From NCBI GenBank assembly GCA_019638355.1, contig JAHBTY010000003.1, positions 333,325 through 397,324 of the forward strand: a stretch of DNA of 64,000 nucleotides. The letters run 5' to 3'. This DNA is from Cyclobacteriaceae bacterium. GTDB taxonomy: Bacteria; Bacteroidota; Bacteroidia; Cytophagales; Cyclobacteriaceae. Shown here in pieces: positions 41,547 through 50,527 of the stretch (positions within the stretch are counted from its first letter, which is position 1; every line of letters begins with the position of its first letter). The notes beneath the pieces were generated by a model. The model saw nothing but the letters and a program-made list of their open reading frames with translations, searched no databases and was not told where the DNA came from. The position numbers and the translations under genes are program-made.

Positions 41547-42127
41547 ACTACACTACACTTATTGCTGATGAGCTAAAACAGGCGGCTGCCGTTTTAAATC
41601 AATTTGTTTCCGATCAACAACATTTAATAAATATACAAGCGGCTGCTAAACTTATTTCAGATTCAATAAATAAAGGAGGCAAGGTAATTTCGTGTGGCAA
41701 CGGTGGTTCGCATTGCGATGCGATGCATTTTGCTGAAGAACTAACCGGACGATATCGCGATAACAGAAAAGCATTGCCGGCCATTTGTATCAGCGACCCC
41801 AGCCATCTTTCCTGTGTTAGTAACGATTATGGTTACGAGTTTGTATTCTCGCGTTATGTTGAAGCATTGGGCAACAAAGGCGATGTACTGTTGGGTATTA
41901 GTACCAGTGGTAATTCAATAAATGTGATAAAGGCTGCACAGGCAGCAAAAGAAAAAGGAATGTCGGTTATTATTCTTTCCGGAAAGGATGGGGGCAAACT
42001 GGCACCGCTGGCCGATGTAGAAATTCGTGTGCCCTATTTTGGCTATGCCGATCGTATTCAGGAAGTACACATTAAAATTATTCATATCCTTATTTTATTG
42101 ATCGAAAAGGAAGTCTTGGGCCAGTGA
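41543..42127 (+). CDS. gmhA: D-sedoheptulose-7-phosphate isomerase
   Basis: [34 protein letters not shown]. Confidence 0.95.
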   Translation: MNYTTLIADELKQAAAVLNQFVSDQQHLINIQAAAKLISDSINKGGKVISCGNGGSHCDAMHFAEELTGRYRDNRKALPAICISDPSHLSCVSNDYGYEFVFSRYVEALGNKGDVLLGISTSGNSINVIKAAQAAKEKGMSVIILSGKDGGKLAPLADVEIRVPYFGYADRIQEVHIKIIHILILLIEKEVLGQ

Positions 42128-42201
42128 GGTGTCTTAGCCTAAAGATGCTTATCTTGGTATTATGCTGATTTTGAATTTTTAAATCTCGACTATAATTCAT
42201 C

Positions 42202-43740
42202 ATGGTTTCTAAAACCTATGGCAGCGCTGTATATGGTGTAGATGCCCGCACCATCACCGTTGAAGTTAATGTTACCCAAGGTAAAGATTTCCACATGAGT
42301 GGTTTGCCCGATACGGCTGTAAAAGAAAGTCAACATCGGGTAGAGTCTTCGTTCAAAAGTCTCAAATACTTTATGCCGCGCAATAAAGTGGTGGTTAACC
42401 TGGCTCCGGCCGATATTCGCAAAGAGGGTAGTGCCTACGACTTGCCCATTGCATTGGCCGTACTAAAAGCCAGCGAACAAATTGAAGCCGAAGAACTGGA
42501 TCAGTATGTAATAATGGGCGAGCTTTCGCTGGATGGAATCCTTCGTCCCATCAAAGGGGTGTTGCCTATTGCTATACAAGCGCGCAAGGAATCGTTTAAA
42601 GGTTTTGTGCTTCCCAAAGCCAACATCCGCGAAGCAGCAATTGTTAATAATATTGATGTGATTGGTGTAGAAACCCTACAGGAAGCAATCGACTTCTTTG
42701 AAAAGAAAAAAGTAATTGAGCCACTGCGCGTTGATACCCGCGAAGTATTTCAAAGCAAACTCAATAATTACGATGCTGACTTTAAAGATGTACAAGGTCA
42801 GGAAAACATTAAGCGCTCATTGGAAATAGCGGCTGCCGGTGGCCACAATGTAATTATGATTGGTCCGCCTGGTGCCGGCAAAACTATGTTGGCAAAAAGA
42901 TTGTCATCCATTTTGCCACCGCTTACTTTGAATGAAGCGTTGGAGACAACCAAGATTCATTCTGTGGCTGGCCGGTTGGGAGCCGATGCTACCTTGTTAA
43001 CCACGCGACCGTTCCGAAGTCCACATCATACCATTAGTGATGTGGCTCTTGTTGGTGGTGGCGGTAATCCACAACCCGGAGAAATTTCATTATCGCATAA
43101 TGGAGTTTTGTTTTTGGATGAGTTGCCTGAATTTAAACGCACCGTGTTGGAGGTAATGCGCCAGCCGATGGAAGAAAGACGCGTTACCATTTCGCGCGCA
43201 AAAGTTTCGATTGATTACCCGGCCAACTTCATGTTGGTTGCGAGTATGAATCCGTGTCCGTGCGGTTATTACAACCATCCTGAAAAGGAATGTGTATGCG
43301 CACCGGGTGTGGTGCAACGCTATCTAAGTAAAGTAAGCGGCCCGTTGTTAGATCGTATTGATTTGCATGTGGAAGTAGTTCCGGTAAGTTTCGATCAGAT
43401 GACCACACAACGAAAGAATGAAACCAGCCAGGAAATTCGCGAACGGGTAGTGAAGGCTCGCGAAATACAGAGCGAACGTTTTAAAGATCAAAAGCACATT
43501 TATTGCAATGCTATGATGCCAAGCAACCTGGTAAAAGATATTTGTGTAATTAACGATGCCGGCCGAACACTTTTAAAAACCGCGATGGAACGTTTGGGAT
43601 TAAGTGCCCGCGCCTACGATCGCATTTTGAAAGTTTCGCGCACCATTGCTGACCTGGCCGGCACTTCTGAGATAAAGATTGAACACCTGGCAGAAGCGAT
43701 ACAGTATCGGAGTTTGGATAGAGAAGGATGGGCGGGGTGA
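42202..43740 (+). CDS. comM: YifB/ComM Mg-chelatase-like AAA+ ATPase
   Basis: VVNLAPADIRKEGSAYDL, GPPGAGKT, LFLDELPEF, MNPCPCG, SGPLLDRID, LSARAYDRILK. Confidence 0.93.
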   Translation: MVSKTYGSAVYGVDARTITVEVNVTQGKDFHMSGLPDTAVKESQHRVESSFKSLKYFMPRNKVVVNLAPADIRKEGSAYDLPIALAVLKASEQIEAEELDQYVIMGELSLDGILRPIKGVLPIAIQARKESFKGFVLPKANIREAAIVNNIDVIGVETLQEAIDFFEKKKVIEPLRVDTREVFQSKLNNYDADFKDVQGQENIKRSLEIAAAGGHNVIMIGPPGAGKTMLAKRLSSILPPLTLNEALETTKIHSVAGRLGADATLLTTRPFRSPHHTISDVALVGGGGNPQPGEISLSHNGVLFLDELPEFKRTVLEVMRQPMEERRVTISRAKVSIDYPANFMLVASMNPCPCGYYNHPEKECVCAPGVVQRYLSKVSGPLLDRIDLHVEVVPVSFDQMTTQRKNETSQEIRERVVKAREIQSERFKDQKHIYCNAMMPSNLVKDICVINDAGRTLLKTAMERLGLSARAYDRILKVSRTIADLAGTSEIKIEHLAEAIQYRSLDREGWAG

Positions 43741-43782
43741 TTGAAGGAGAGAACTATGTTTCACTATTAAATCAATCAAAAT

Positions 43783-44691
43783 ATGGAAAGACTTGAATCA
43801 ATATTCGATTCCATTAAGGAAAGATTAACAAACCCATTCATATTCTCCTTTATAGTGGCCTGGTTGACATTTAATTGGGAAGTTACCCTTGCTTTATTTT
43901 GGTTTGATTCAGCAGATTTAAAGACAAAGGGATACTCTAATTTAATTGATTTTATATACGCTAACACAAACAACTGGTCATGGTGTATTCCAATTTTAGT
44001 TGCATTAGGATACACATTTCTGATGCCTCTTTTTAGAATGGGTGTAGAGTGGTTTAATGCATTGGTTCTGAAATGGACTAATAATAGATTATTCAAAATT
44101 TCAGAGGAAACTCCGGTAAGTTATGGGAAGTACTTTGAATTAAAGAAGGAACATAAAAAACTGATTGATGAATTGGCCTCCGATGTAAACACGGCTTCTC
44201 AGAAAGCTCAAGAGTATGCAGATATTCAGAAAAGAATGACTGAAACCGAAAAAACATATTCCCAAACTATTGAGGGACTTAAAGTGGAGATAGGAAGAAA
44301 AGATGATCTTATAACGAAAGCGGAAGAGGAGAAATTGAAACAGAGGAATAATGCTGAATTAGCTAATGAAAAGTTACAACAAATGATGCGACCAATTGAA
44401 GGCCTTTGGCAGTATACATACATGGATGGAACTGATAAAATAGTACACTTTATCACCAATGAGATATCAAAACCTAAACATTTACCTAATGGTATCAATT
44501 CTAATCAAGTTACTAAATTAGTTGTGTTGCAATCTTCAAATGACCATAATTCTAAATTAATTGTTGCGAGATATGCCGTAGAAAAGTTTGATCCAGTTTA
44601 TTTTTTTATCACGCAAGATGCTGATAAAATGTGGCATGGATTCGAGGATCATAAGAGAATCAAAGGTATGGTGCCTGTTGTTGTTCATTAA
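43783..44691 (+). CDS. AT-rich hypothetical protein: N-terminal TM helices, coiled coil, unknown C-terminal domain
   Basis: 302-aa ORF; KERLTNPFIFSFIVAWLTFNW helix, second helix near aa 68-85, charged heptad region near aa 120-200. Confidence 0.75.
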   Translation: MERLESIFDSIKERLTNPFIFSFIVAWLTFNWEVTLALFWFDSADLKTKGYSNLIDFIYANTNNWSWCIPILVALGYTFLMPLFRMGVEWFNALVLKWTNNRLFKISEETPVSYGKYFELKKEHKKLIDELASDVNTASQKAQEYADIQKRMTETEKTYSQTIEGLKVEIGRKDDLITKAEEEKLKQRNNAELANEKLQQMMRPIEGLWQYTYMDGTDKIVHFITNEISKPKHLPNGINSNQVTKLVVLQSSNDHNSKLIVARYAVEKFDPVYFFITQDADKMWHGFEDHKRIKGMVPVVVH

Positions 44692-44813
44692 AAATCATTT
44701 TCGTTGTCAGATCTCTCGACCTGGCACCCATCCCCAATTTTTAATCCTCAACTCTTCATAACCGCTGTTTGCGAAGCATTTTAAAAATTGTATTTTCGGT
44801 CTCGCTTCCCCCT

Positions 44814-45661
44814 ATGAAAAGAATTTTTGTTTTGGCGCTCGCTACACTTTTAAGCTCGCCCGGCTTCAGTCAGCAAGTAAAATTTTCTTTTTCTGCGGGA
44901 GTTAATATGCCCTTTATTAATGATGTAATCCAGCCCCGCGTAAATCCGGTTATCAGTAACAGCACAGGGTTTACCAGTACTTATTAAATACAGCTTATCT
45001 CGATCAAAAATTTGAGACTTCGCCCGGCTTACAGGGTGGGTTTTTGGCGCACTATGCGCTCAACCAAAAATTCTCAATTTCTGCCGGTGTATCCGCAACA
45101 TACTTTAGGTACATTCAAAAATTAATTATTTCTTCAAATAACAATCAATTTATTCTTCCTGGAGTTCAACCTTCAAATCCAGATCCTTGGGGTACGCCAA
45201 TAATAATTGGAACACCCATTCAGACTACGCCTGGCCTTATCAGATTCCCAATTAACTCACCAACCCCAGTTGGAATGCCATCCGATCAAGGCGAAACTCA
45301 GGTTACTTATCTAACCCTCCCCGCAACAGCCGATTATTCATTTGCAAAAAAATGGACTGCCTCGGCCGGATTGAATGCGCATGTAATTATGGCTGCCAAT
45401 GTAAAACGCTATACTTACACATACACTACAACAGGAGGTATGATATTGAATGCTGAAGACAAGACAGCGGATGGTTTTACAAACGTGTTGCTTGGAGCAG
45501 TTTCGCAAATACGGTATCAGGTAATAAAGCCGTTGAGTATTGATTTAGGATACAGTTATATTTTCACGCCCATTTACGATCAGACATTCACCTCAACCGC
45601 CTCAGAAAAGCCCGCCCGCTATATGGTACTTTCGCTTTCAGCCCGGTATTGGTTGAAGTAG
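44814..45661 (+). pseudogene. Outer-membrane beta-barrel protein split by an apparent 1-bp deletion (or assembly error)
   Basis: Signal-peptide ORF from ATG 44814 stops at 44987; the shifted frame is open from about 44985 (NTAYLDQKFETSPGLQGGFLAHYALNQKFSISAG..YLTLPATADY..SARYWLK). Confidence 0.7.
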
Positions 45662-45818
45662 ATGTGTTATTTAAAAGTCAAATACCTTATAATCAAAATG
45701 GGGGGCAACCGGCACTTCAGTTTGTGAGAATTTGTTTGCTTGGTTAACGTATTTTGAAGCTTAATCTCCTTTTCAAGCGCAAGCATCCCGCCTCTGCCTT
45801 TATATTTTTACTTCTTCC

Positions 45819-46208
45819 TCATCGTTCCGCTATAAAATACACTTCCTGAATCTTTCCATTCGCGATTTTATAAATCGCCACTGCATGTAACTCGGGCTGC
45901 CCTTTCCGGAATAAAACCTGTTCTTCGTCTATTACTGTATTGCCTACTACCATTCGGCTTTTAATGGTACAATGCAGATCGGTAAGGTTAGCAAACATGC
46001 CGGTATAATTCTGCCGCATGATCGCTTTGCCTGTGTATAATAATTGGTTCGGAAAATTATAAACCTTCACGGTGTCGCTGTATGCTTCCAGAAACAACTC
46101 AATGTTACGCTCGTTATAACCTTTCAGTTGCAGGTCAGCTAATTCGGTTGGGGTTTGGCTGTAACCTAATGTGGGCAGTAAAATCAGAAGTACAATTACA
46201 TGTTTCAT
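45819..46208 (-). CDS. Exported SnoaL/NTF2-like protein
   Basis: Signal peptide; QLKGYNERNIELFLEAYS, VGNTVIDEE, AVAIYKIANGKIQEVYF. Confidence 0.75.
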   Translation of the reverse strand: MKHVIVLLILLPTLGYSQTPTELADLQLKGYNERNIELFLEAYSDTVKVYNFPNQLLYTGKAIMRQNYTGMFANLTDLHCTIKSRMVVGNTVIDEEQVLFRKGQPELHAVAIYKIANGKIQEVYFIAER

Positions 46209-46212
46209 AACG

Positions 46213-47142
46213 TTATTCTTTCGTCCAGATTCTCGTATTTAAATCCAGTATTTCTACAATCTCTACAAACCGCATGAGGTAAGTATGAAACTCTTCCAAT
46301 TGGTTGTAGTTATCGGCTGTACTAAACAACCACGGTGCTTCAAACAGATTTTTGTTAATGGTAATGGCAATGTAAACATGCGAGCCAATAAACGACAAGG
46401 CTACTTGGGTGTTGAATTTTTTCTTAAGGTTAAGAATGCGTTGCATTAACGCAGGCGAGAGAATGTAGCGCGCTTCTACCTGGTCGGTACTATAAATGGC
46501 AAAGTTCTTTTCAAACACCACATCTTCAAGCTTTATTAATTGTGGCCGCATCATATTCATTTTTTGAAAGAAGCCACCCAGCGTGCTGCCAAACACATTC
46601 TCCGATACATCGGGCAACACAAACGTTTCACCAATAAAATGTTTGTTGAAATCGGCAATAAAAAATATCCCTCTGAAGATGGTATGATACGATTTATTTT
46701 TTCCACCCGATCTATATTGTGTGTGTAATTCAGAAAACCGAATACCGGTTTTATCTACTGTGCCGGTAAGTAAATCATCGCCCCAATATCTATCGGGCCG
46801 TGTGGTAAAAATTTTACTGCGATCATAATCCGCGCGACTGATGCATGCCAAATGATTATAACTTAACCCATGCGCTTGGGCAATAGCCGCAACAATTTTG
46901 GTTTTGTAACTATGGCGATACTGTTTAGCATGATATTGATAGAAGAAAAACAGGCCCACACCGGCAAGTATTAGTGGCCACGCGCTTATCTTAAATGCCA
47001 TAAAAGCCAGGCCGATACCAATACCTATTAAACCATACAGTTTTATTTTACCGGCAATAGTCTTGCGGCTGGTTTCCAGTTCAGCCAGATTGGATTGCAG
47101 CGCAGTTTCGTAAAACGACTTAAAGTCGGTAATGCTGTGCAT
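46213..47142 (-). CDS. DUF3137-like membrane protein
   Basis: Two N-terminal TM helices; IFRGIFFIADFNKHF, LEDVVFEKNF..YSTDQVEARYILSPALM. Confidence 0.75.
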   Translation of the reverse strand: MHSITDFKSFYETALQSNLAELETSRKTIAGKIKLYGLIGIGIGLAFMAFKISAWPLILAGVGLFFFYQYHAKQYRHSYKTKIVAAIAQAHGLSYNHLACISRADYDRSKIFTTRPDRYWGDDLLTGTVDKTGIRFSELHTQYRSGGKNKSYHTIFRGIFFIADFNKHFIGETFVLPDVSENVFGSTLGGFFQKMNMMRPQLIKLEDVVFEKNFAIYSTDQVEARYILSPALMQRILNLKKKFNTQVALSFIGSHVYIAITINKNLFEAPWLFSTADNYNQLEEFHTYLMRFVEIVEILDLNTRIWTKE

Positions 47143-47145
47143 GCG

Positions 47146-47700
47146 TTACGAATTGAACAACGCTTTCGCGCTTACATTCTGGCGTTCGGCTTCAGCAATT
47201 ACAAAAACTTCTTTGCGTTTAAAATTGAAAATGCCTGCAAAAATATTAGACGGGAATTTATCTACGGCATTATTGTAAGCTGTTACTGCGGCATTGTAGG
47301 CTCTGCGTGCAGCCGAGATTTGTTCTTCGGTTTCGTTCCAGCTTCGTTGCAACATGGTAAACTGTTCGCTGGCTTTTAGATCCGGATAATTTTCTACTGA
47401 CACCATTAAACCTTTTACCGTACTGGAGATTTGATTTTCGATGGCCACTTTTTCATCGGTAGAGTTGGCCGTATTGGCACGGGCGCGCAAATCGGCCAGT
47501 TTGGTAAAGATGTCGCTCTCATGTTTCATGTAGGTTTTGGTAACTTCCACCAGGTTGGGTAAAAGGTCGTAACGCTTTTTCAACATTACATCGATGGTTC
47601 CAAACGCATTTTCAACAGCATTGCGCGAGCCAACCAGGTTGTTGTAGGTGAGAACAGCTCCGATTAAAAGAATAATTACAATTCCGACAAGTAAGAACAT
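47146..47700 (-). CDS. lemA: LemA family protein
   Basis: N-terminal TM; IDVMLKKRYDLLPNLV, ENYPDLKA, ARRAYNAAV, FPSNIFA. Confidence 0.93.
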   Translation of the reverse strand: MFLLVGIVIILLIGAVLTYNNLVGSRNAVENAFGTIDVMLKKRYDLLPNLVEVTKTYMKHESDIFTKLADLRARANTANSTDEKVAIENQISSTVKGLMVSVENYPDLKASEQFTMLQRSWNETEEQISAARRAYNAAVTAYNNAVDKFPSNIFAGIFNFKRKEVFVIAEAERQNVSAKALFNS

Positions 47701-47784
47701 AAGTAAGTGGTTTTAGTAGGCTAAGTTAACTTAAATTTAGAAATGATAAGTCGTACTCGATCCGCAACTGCATTGGTATAAAAC

Positions 47785-47815
47785 AAAAATAGTCGCTCAA
47801 CAAGCGACTATTTTT
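47785..47815 (-). terminator. Intrinsic terminator (symmetric, may be bidirectional)
   Basis: AAAAATAGTCGCT-N5-AGCGACTATTTTT. Confidence 0.8.
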
Positions 47816-47832
47816 ATTTCAACATTCAACTA

Positions 47833-49050
47833 TTAATCCCGACCCCGCTTACCCGATCCTGACCCGGATGATCCTGAGCCCGGCCCTGCGTTAGACCGTT
47901 GTGATTGTCCGCCCGATGATTGTCGCGGTTCACTTGGTCTTACCGATGGTTGCGAGGAGCGCGACTCCTGTCTTACTTCCGGCCGGCTGTTGCCACCGCC
48001 CGAATTACCCGAGCGGTTTTCGCGTGGTGGTTCAAACACACGGTTGTTACTCTGGTTGGAAGAACGTTCGCCAAAACTTCTGGATGTAGTTCTTTCAGTT
48101 GTGCGTGTTCTGTTATCGTTCGAACCGGAGTTACCTCTATTTCGCCACTCGGTTGTTTCACGGTTGCGATTCTCAGCACCACGCCATTGCGTGTTGGTGT
48201 TACGTTCGCGGCCTTCCTCACGACCATATTCCCGGCTACGGTTGTTAACACTGCGATTGCGATTCTCATAGCGCATAGTTCGACTATCCCGCTCGCGCGA
48301 ATCGCCATACACGGTTCGCGTGGAGCGGTACGTACTGATCTGATCGCGATGGCGGTTATATACGATTACCGAGGTAGTGCGGTGCGGATAATAAATCCTG
48401 CTGGCATACCGGATACGGGGTGCATCGCAATATCGATAGTAAGGACGATAGACATGCCAACGTGGGTAATAAGTAATGTAGGCAACCGGTCTCCAGGGGC
48501 GCCACCAGATTGGCCAATAATCCCAATACCAGGGCGATACCCACGGTGAGTAGAATGGGCTATATACATATTGCACAAATGGCCAGTTCCAAACGTTCAC
48601 ATACGTGTGGGTAGTGGTAGTACCGGCATTAATTCGAACTTCGGTGGTAGGTTCAATAATGGTTTCAATGCCATATACATCGGCATCGCCTGTTATTTGC
48701 AGAATGGCCTTTCCGTTTTCAAGTTTCTCAAGCGAAATAACAGCAACATCCTGAAACTCGTTTCTGGAGATAACAGCCTGCAAGGTAAAGGTGTGAATAG
48801 CGCCTTCGTGGCGATCGATAACCCGAATGTAATCAATGTTACCGTCACCATTCAGGTCCAGGTTATTTACTTCTGATTCTGGCAGATTTAATAATCGTTC
48901 AAACTCTTCGGGCGAAGCGGACTTCTTAAATAGTTCGAGCGCACCCTCCAGGCTGAAATTATCGCCTGGCACTTCTTCGCGATTCTGCGCGTGTACAGTT
49001 GCTGCTCCCAGCAACAACAGCACGATAGTTTTCATCCACAGCGTTTTCAT
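47833..49050 (-). CDS. Exported protein: folded N-domain with DxNxDG motif, W/Y/P/R-rich segment, R/S/G-rich disordered tail
   Basis: Minus strand (the track says +): CAT at 49048-49050, TTA at 47833. Signal peptide ending HAQ; LDLNGDGNIDY. Confidence 0.85.
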   Translation of the reverse strand: MKTLWMKTIVLLLLGAATVHAQNREEVPGDNFSLEGALELFKKSASPEEFERLLNLPESEVNNLDLNGDGNIDYIRVIDRHEGAIHTFTLQAVISRNEFQDVAVISLEKLENGKAILQITGDADVYGIETIIEPTTEVRINAGTTTTHTYVNVWNWPFVQYVYSPFYSPWVSPWYWDYWPIWWRPWRPVAYITYYPRWHVYRPYYRYCDAPRIRYASRIYYPHRTTSVIVYNRHRDQISTYRSTRTVYGDSRERDSRTMRYENRNRSVNNRSREYGREEGRERNTNTQWRGAENRNRETTEWRNRGNSGSNDNRTRTTERTTSRSFGERSSNQSNNRVFEPPRENRSGNSGGGNSRPEVRQESRSSQPSVRPSEPRQSSGGQSQRSNAGPGSGSSGSGSGKRGRD

Positions 49051-49211
49051 AGCATTTTGTTTTATGAATTATACGCATCAGAAAACAAAGGGTAGGCCAA
49101 ACCCCTATAGTTGGCGCAACTACCACAAGTGCCACTTGTTATACCGCTATCAATCTGTTGCTTTTTTGTGCCCTATCGTAAAACAATTTATTTTTATGCA
49201 CTAAGTTGTTG

Positions 49212-49640
49212 ATGAAACGCATCATATTTATTTACGGGCTTTCTTTGGCTGCATTGGTTTTTCTGCTCCAGTATTTAGAGTATAAATTTTTTGTGCACGA
49301 TTTATCCATTCAGTTTTATGTGGGTATTTTGGCGCTGGGCTTTACTGTGTTAGGCGTTTGGGTGGGTTTAAGGCTTACTACCAAAAAGGTTGTTACAGTA
49401 CATGCAGGGCCTGAATTTGTTTTGAACGAAGCGGAATTACAAAGGCTAGGCATCAGCAAACGCGAACATGAAGTATTAGAGCTGATGGCCCAGGGGTTAA
49501 CCAACCAGCAGATTGCCGATAAACTTTTTGTTTCCCTAAATACGATCAAGACCCACACCTCTAACCTGTTTCTGAAGCTGGAAGTAAGCCGCAGAACGCA
49601 GGCGGTGCAACGGGGTAAAGAGTTGAGGTTGATTCCCTAG
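49212..49640 (+). CDS. Membrane-anchored LuxR-type HTH regulator
   Basis: Two N-terminal TM helices, no receiver domain; ISKREHEVLELMAQGLTNQQIADKLFVSLNTIKTHTSNLFLKL. Confidence 0.9.
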   Translation: MKRIIFIYGLSLAALVFLLQYLEYKFFVHDLSIQFYVGILALGFTVLGVWVGLRLTTKKVVTVHAGPEFVLNEAELQRLGISKREHEVLELMAQGLTNQQIADKLFVSLNTIKTHTSNLFLKLEVSRRTQAVQRGKELRLIP

Positions 49641-49642
49641 TT

Positions 49643-49744
49643 TCTTGTCGCTGGTTGCTCGTTACTGGTTGCGCGAAGTATCTCAAAAATTATAAGTTAA
49701 GTTGACTCGTTAAGCCTGCCACCAGTAACCAGAAGCTAGTAACG
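49643..49744. repeat. Inverted arms of degenerate 7-bp tandem repeats
   Basis: GCTGGTT/GCTCGTT/ACTGGTT (49650-49670) facing CACCAGT/AACCAGA/AGCTAGT (49720-49740). Confidence 0.55.
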
Positions 49745-49785
49745 GGTTCCCACTTTCGTGCGATTTCCATTATATTTCTATCAAA

Positions 49786-49801
49786 TCACCCGTTCGGGTG
49801 A
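49786..49801. promoter_or_regulatory. Perfect palindrome, candidate operator
   Basis: TCACCCG-TT-CGGGTGA, about 50 nt upstream of the DUF4199 gene. Confidence 0.5.
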
Positions 49802-49849
49802 AGGATTTTGCCCTTAACTCGCGTTGGTTTGAGCAAAAAATAAAAACGT

Positions 49850-50395
49850 ATGAAAAAAATTGTCATCATCTACGGTCTAATTGCGGGTATTATTGTCGGG
49901 GCAACGTTCTTTATTGGGGCACCCTTATTTGATCAGGGTATTATAACGTTTGACAATGGCATGTGGGTGGGCTATACCTCCATGATCATTGCCTTATCCT
50001 TGATTTTTTTCGGTGTAAAAAACTATCGCGACAACAAATTGCAGGGTATTATCAGTTTCGGTACGGCATTTAAGATGGGACTTCTTATAACAGGAGTCGC
50101 GTCTGTTGTCTATGCACTTTCGTGGGAGGTGGCTTACCGCACGGTTTCAAAAGGTTATAGCGAAGCCATGTACACCCATGAGTTGAGCAAGATTAAAGAA
50201 AATAGTAAAAATGAAACTGAACTTCAAGAACAAACTCAAAGAATGGAAGACTTCAAAGTAATGTATGAAAATCCACTTATTCGCTTTGGAATAACATTGA
50301 TGGAAATTTTTCCGGTTGGATTACTTATATCGTTAATTGTTGCGGGCTTACTTCGAAAAAAAGAATTCCTGCCACCCTCACAAGCCACTCACTAA
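49850..50395 (+). CDS. DUF4199-like membrane protein
   Basis: Four TM helices; GYTSMIIALSLIFFGVKNYRD..GIISFGTAFKMG; terminal LLRKK. Confidence 0.85.
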   Translation: MKKIVIIYGLIAGIIVGATFFIGAPLFDQGIITFDNGMWVGYTSMIIALSLIFFGVKNYRDNKLQGIISFGTAFKMGLLITGVASVVYALSWEVAYRTVSKGYSEAMYTHELSKIKENSKNETELQEQTQRMEDFKVMYENPLIRFGITLMEIFPVGLLISLIVAGLLRKKEFLPPSQATH

Positions 50396-50527
50396 AATGA
50401 AACAGACGATGAAAAAGATTATAGTATACGGTATGGCCCTTGCCATGCGTTCTGTTTTGCCTTTGCTTTTAAAATGGATACTGTAAAAGAACCCAATACC
50501 TTTAACTACCAACAAACAAAAACACCC

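Noticed and set aside
43700-44810. att-like direct repeats around the AT-rich gene after comM
   Set aside because: No convincing repeat of the comM 3' end; comM is intact.
47833-49050. ORF track labels the 405-aa protein as + strand; many 60-210 aa ORFs overlap it
   Set aside because: The gene is on the minus strand. The overlapping ORFs are shadows expected from stop-poor low-complexity sequence.
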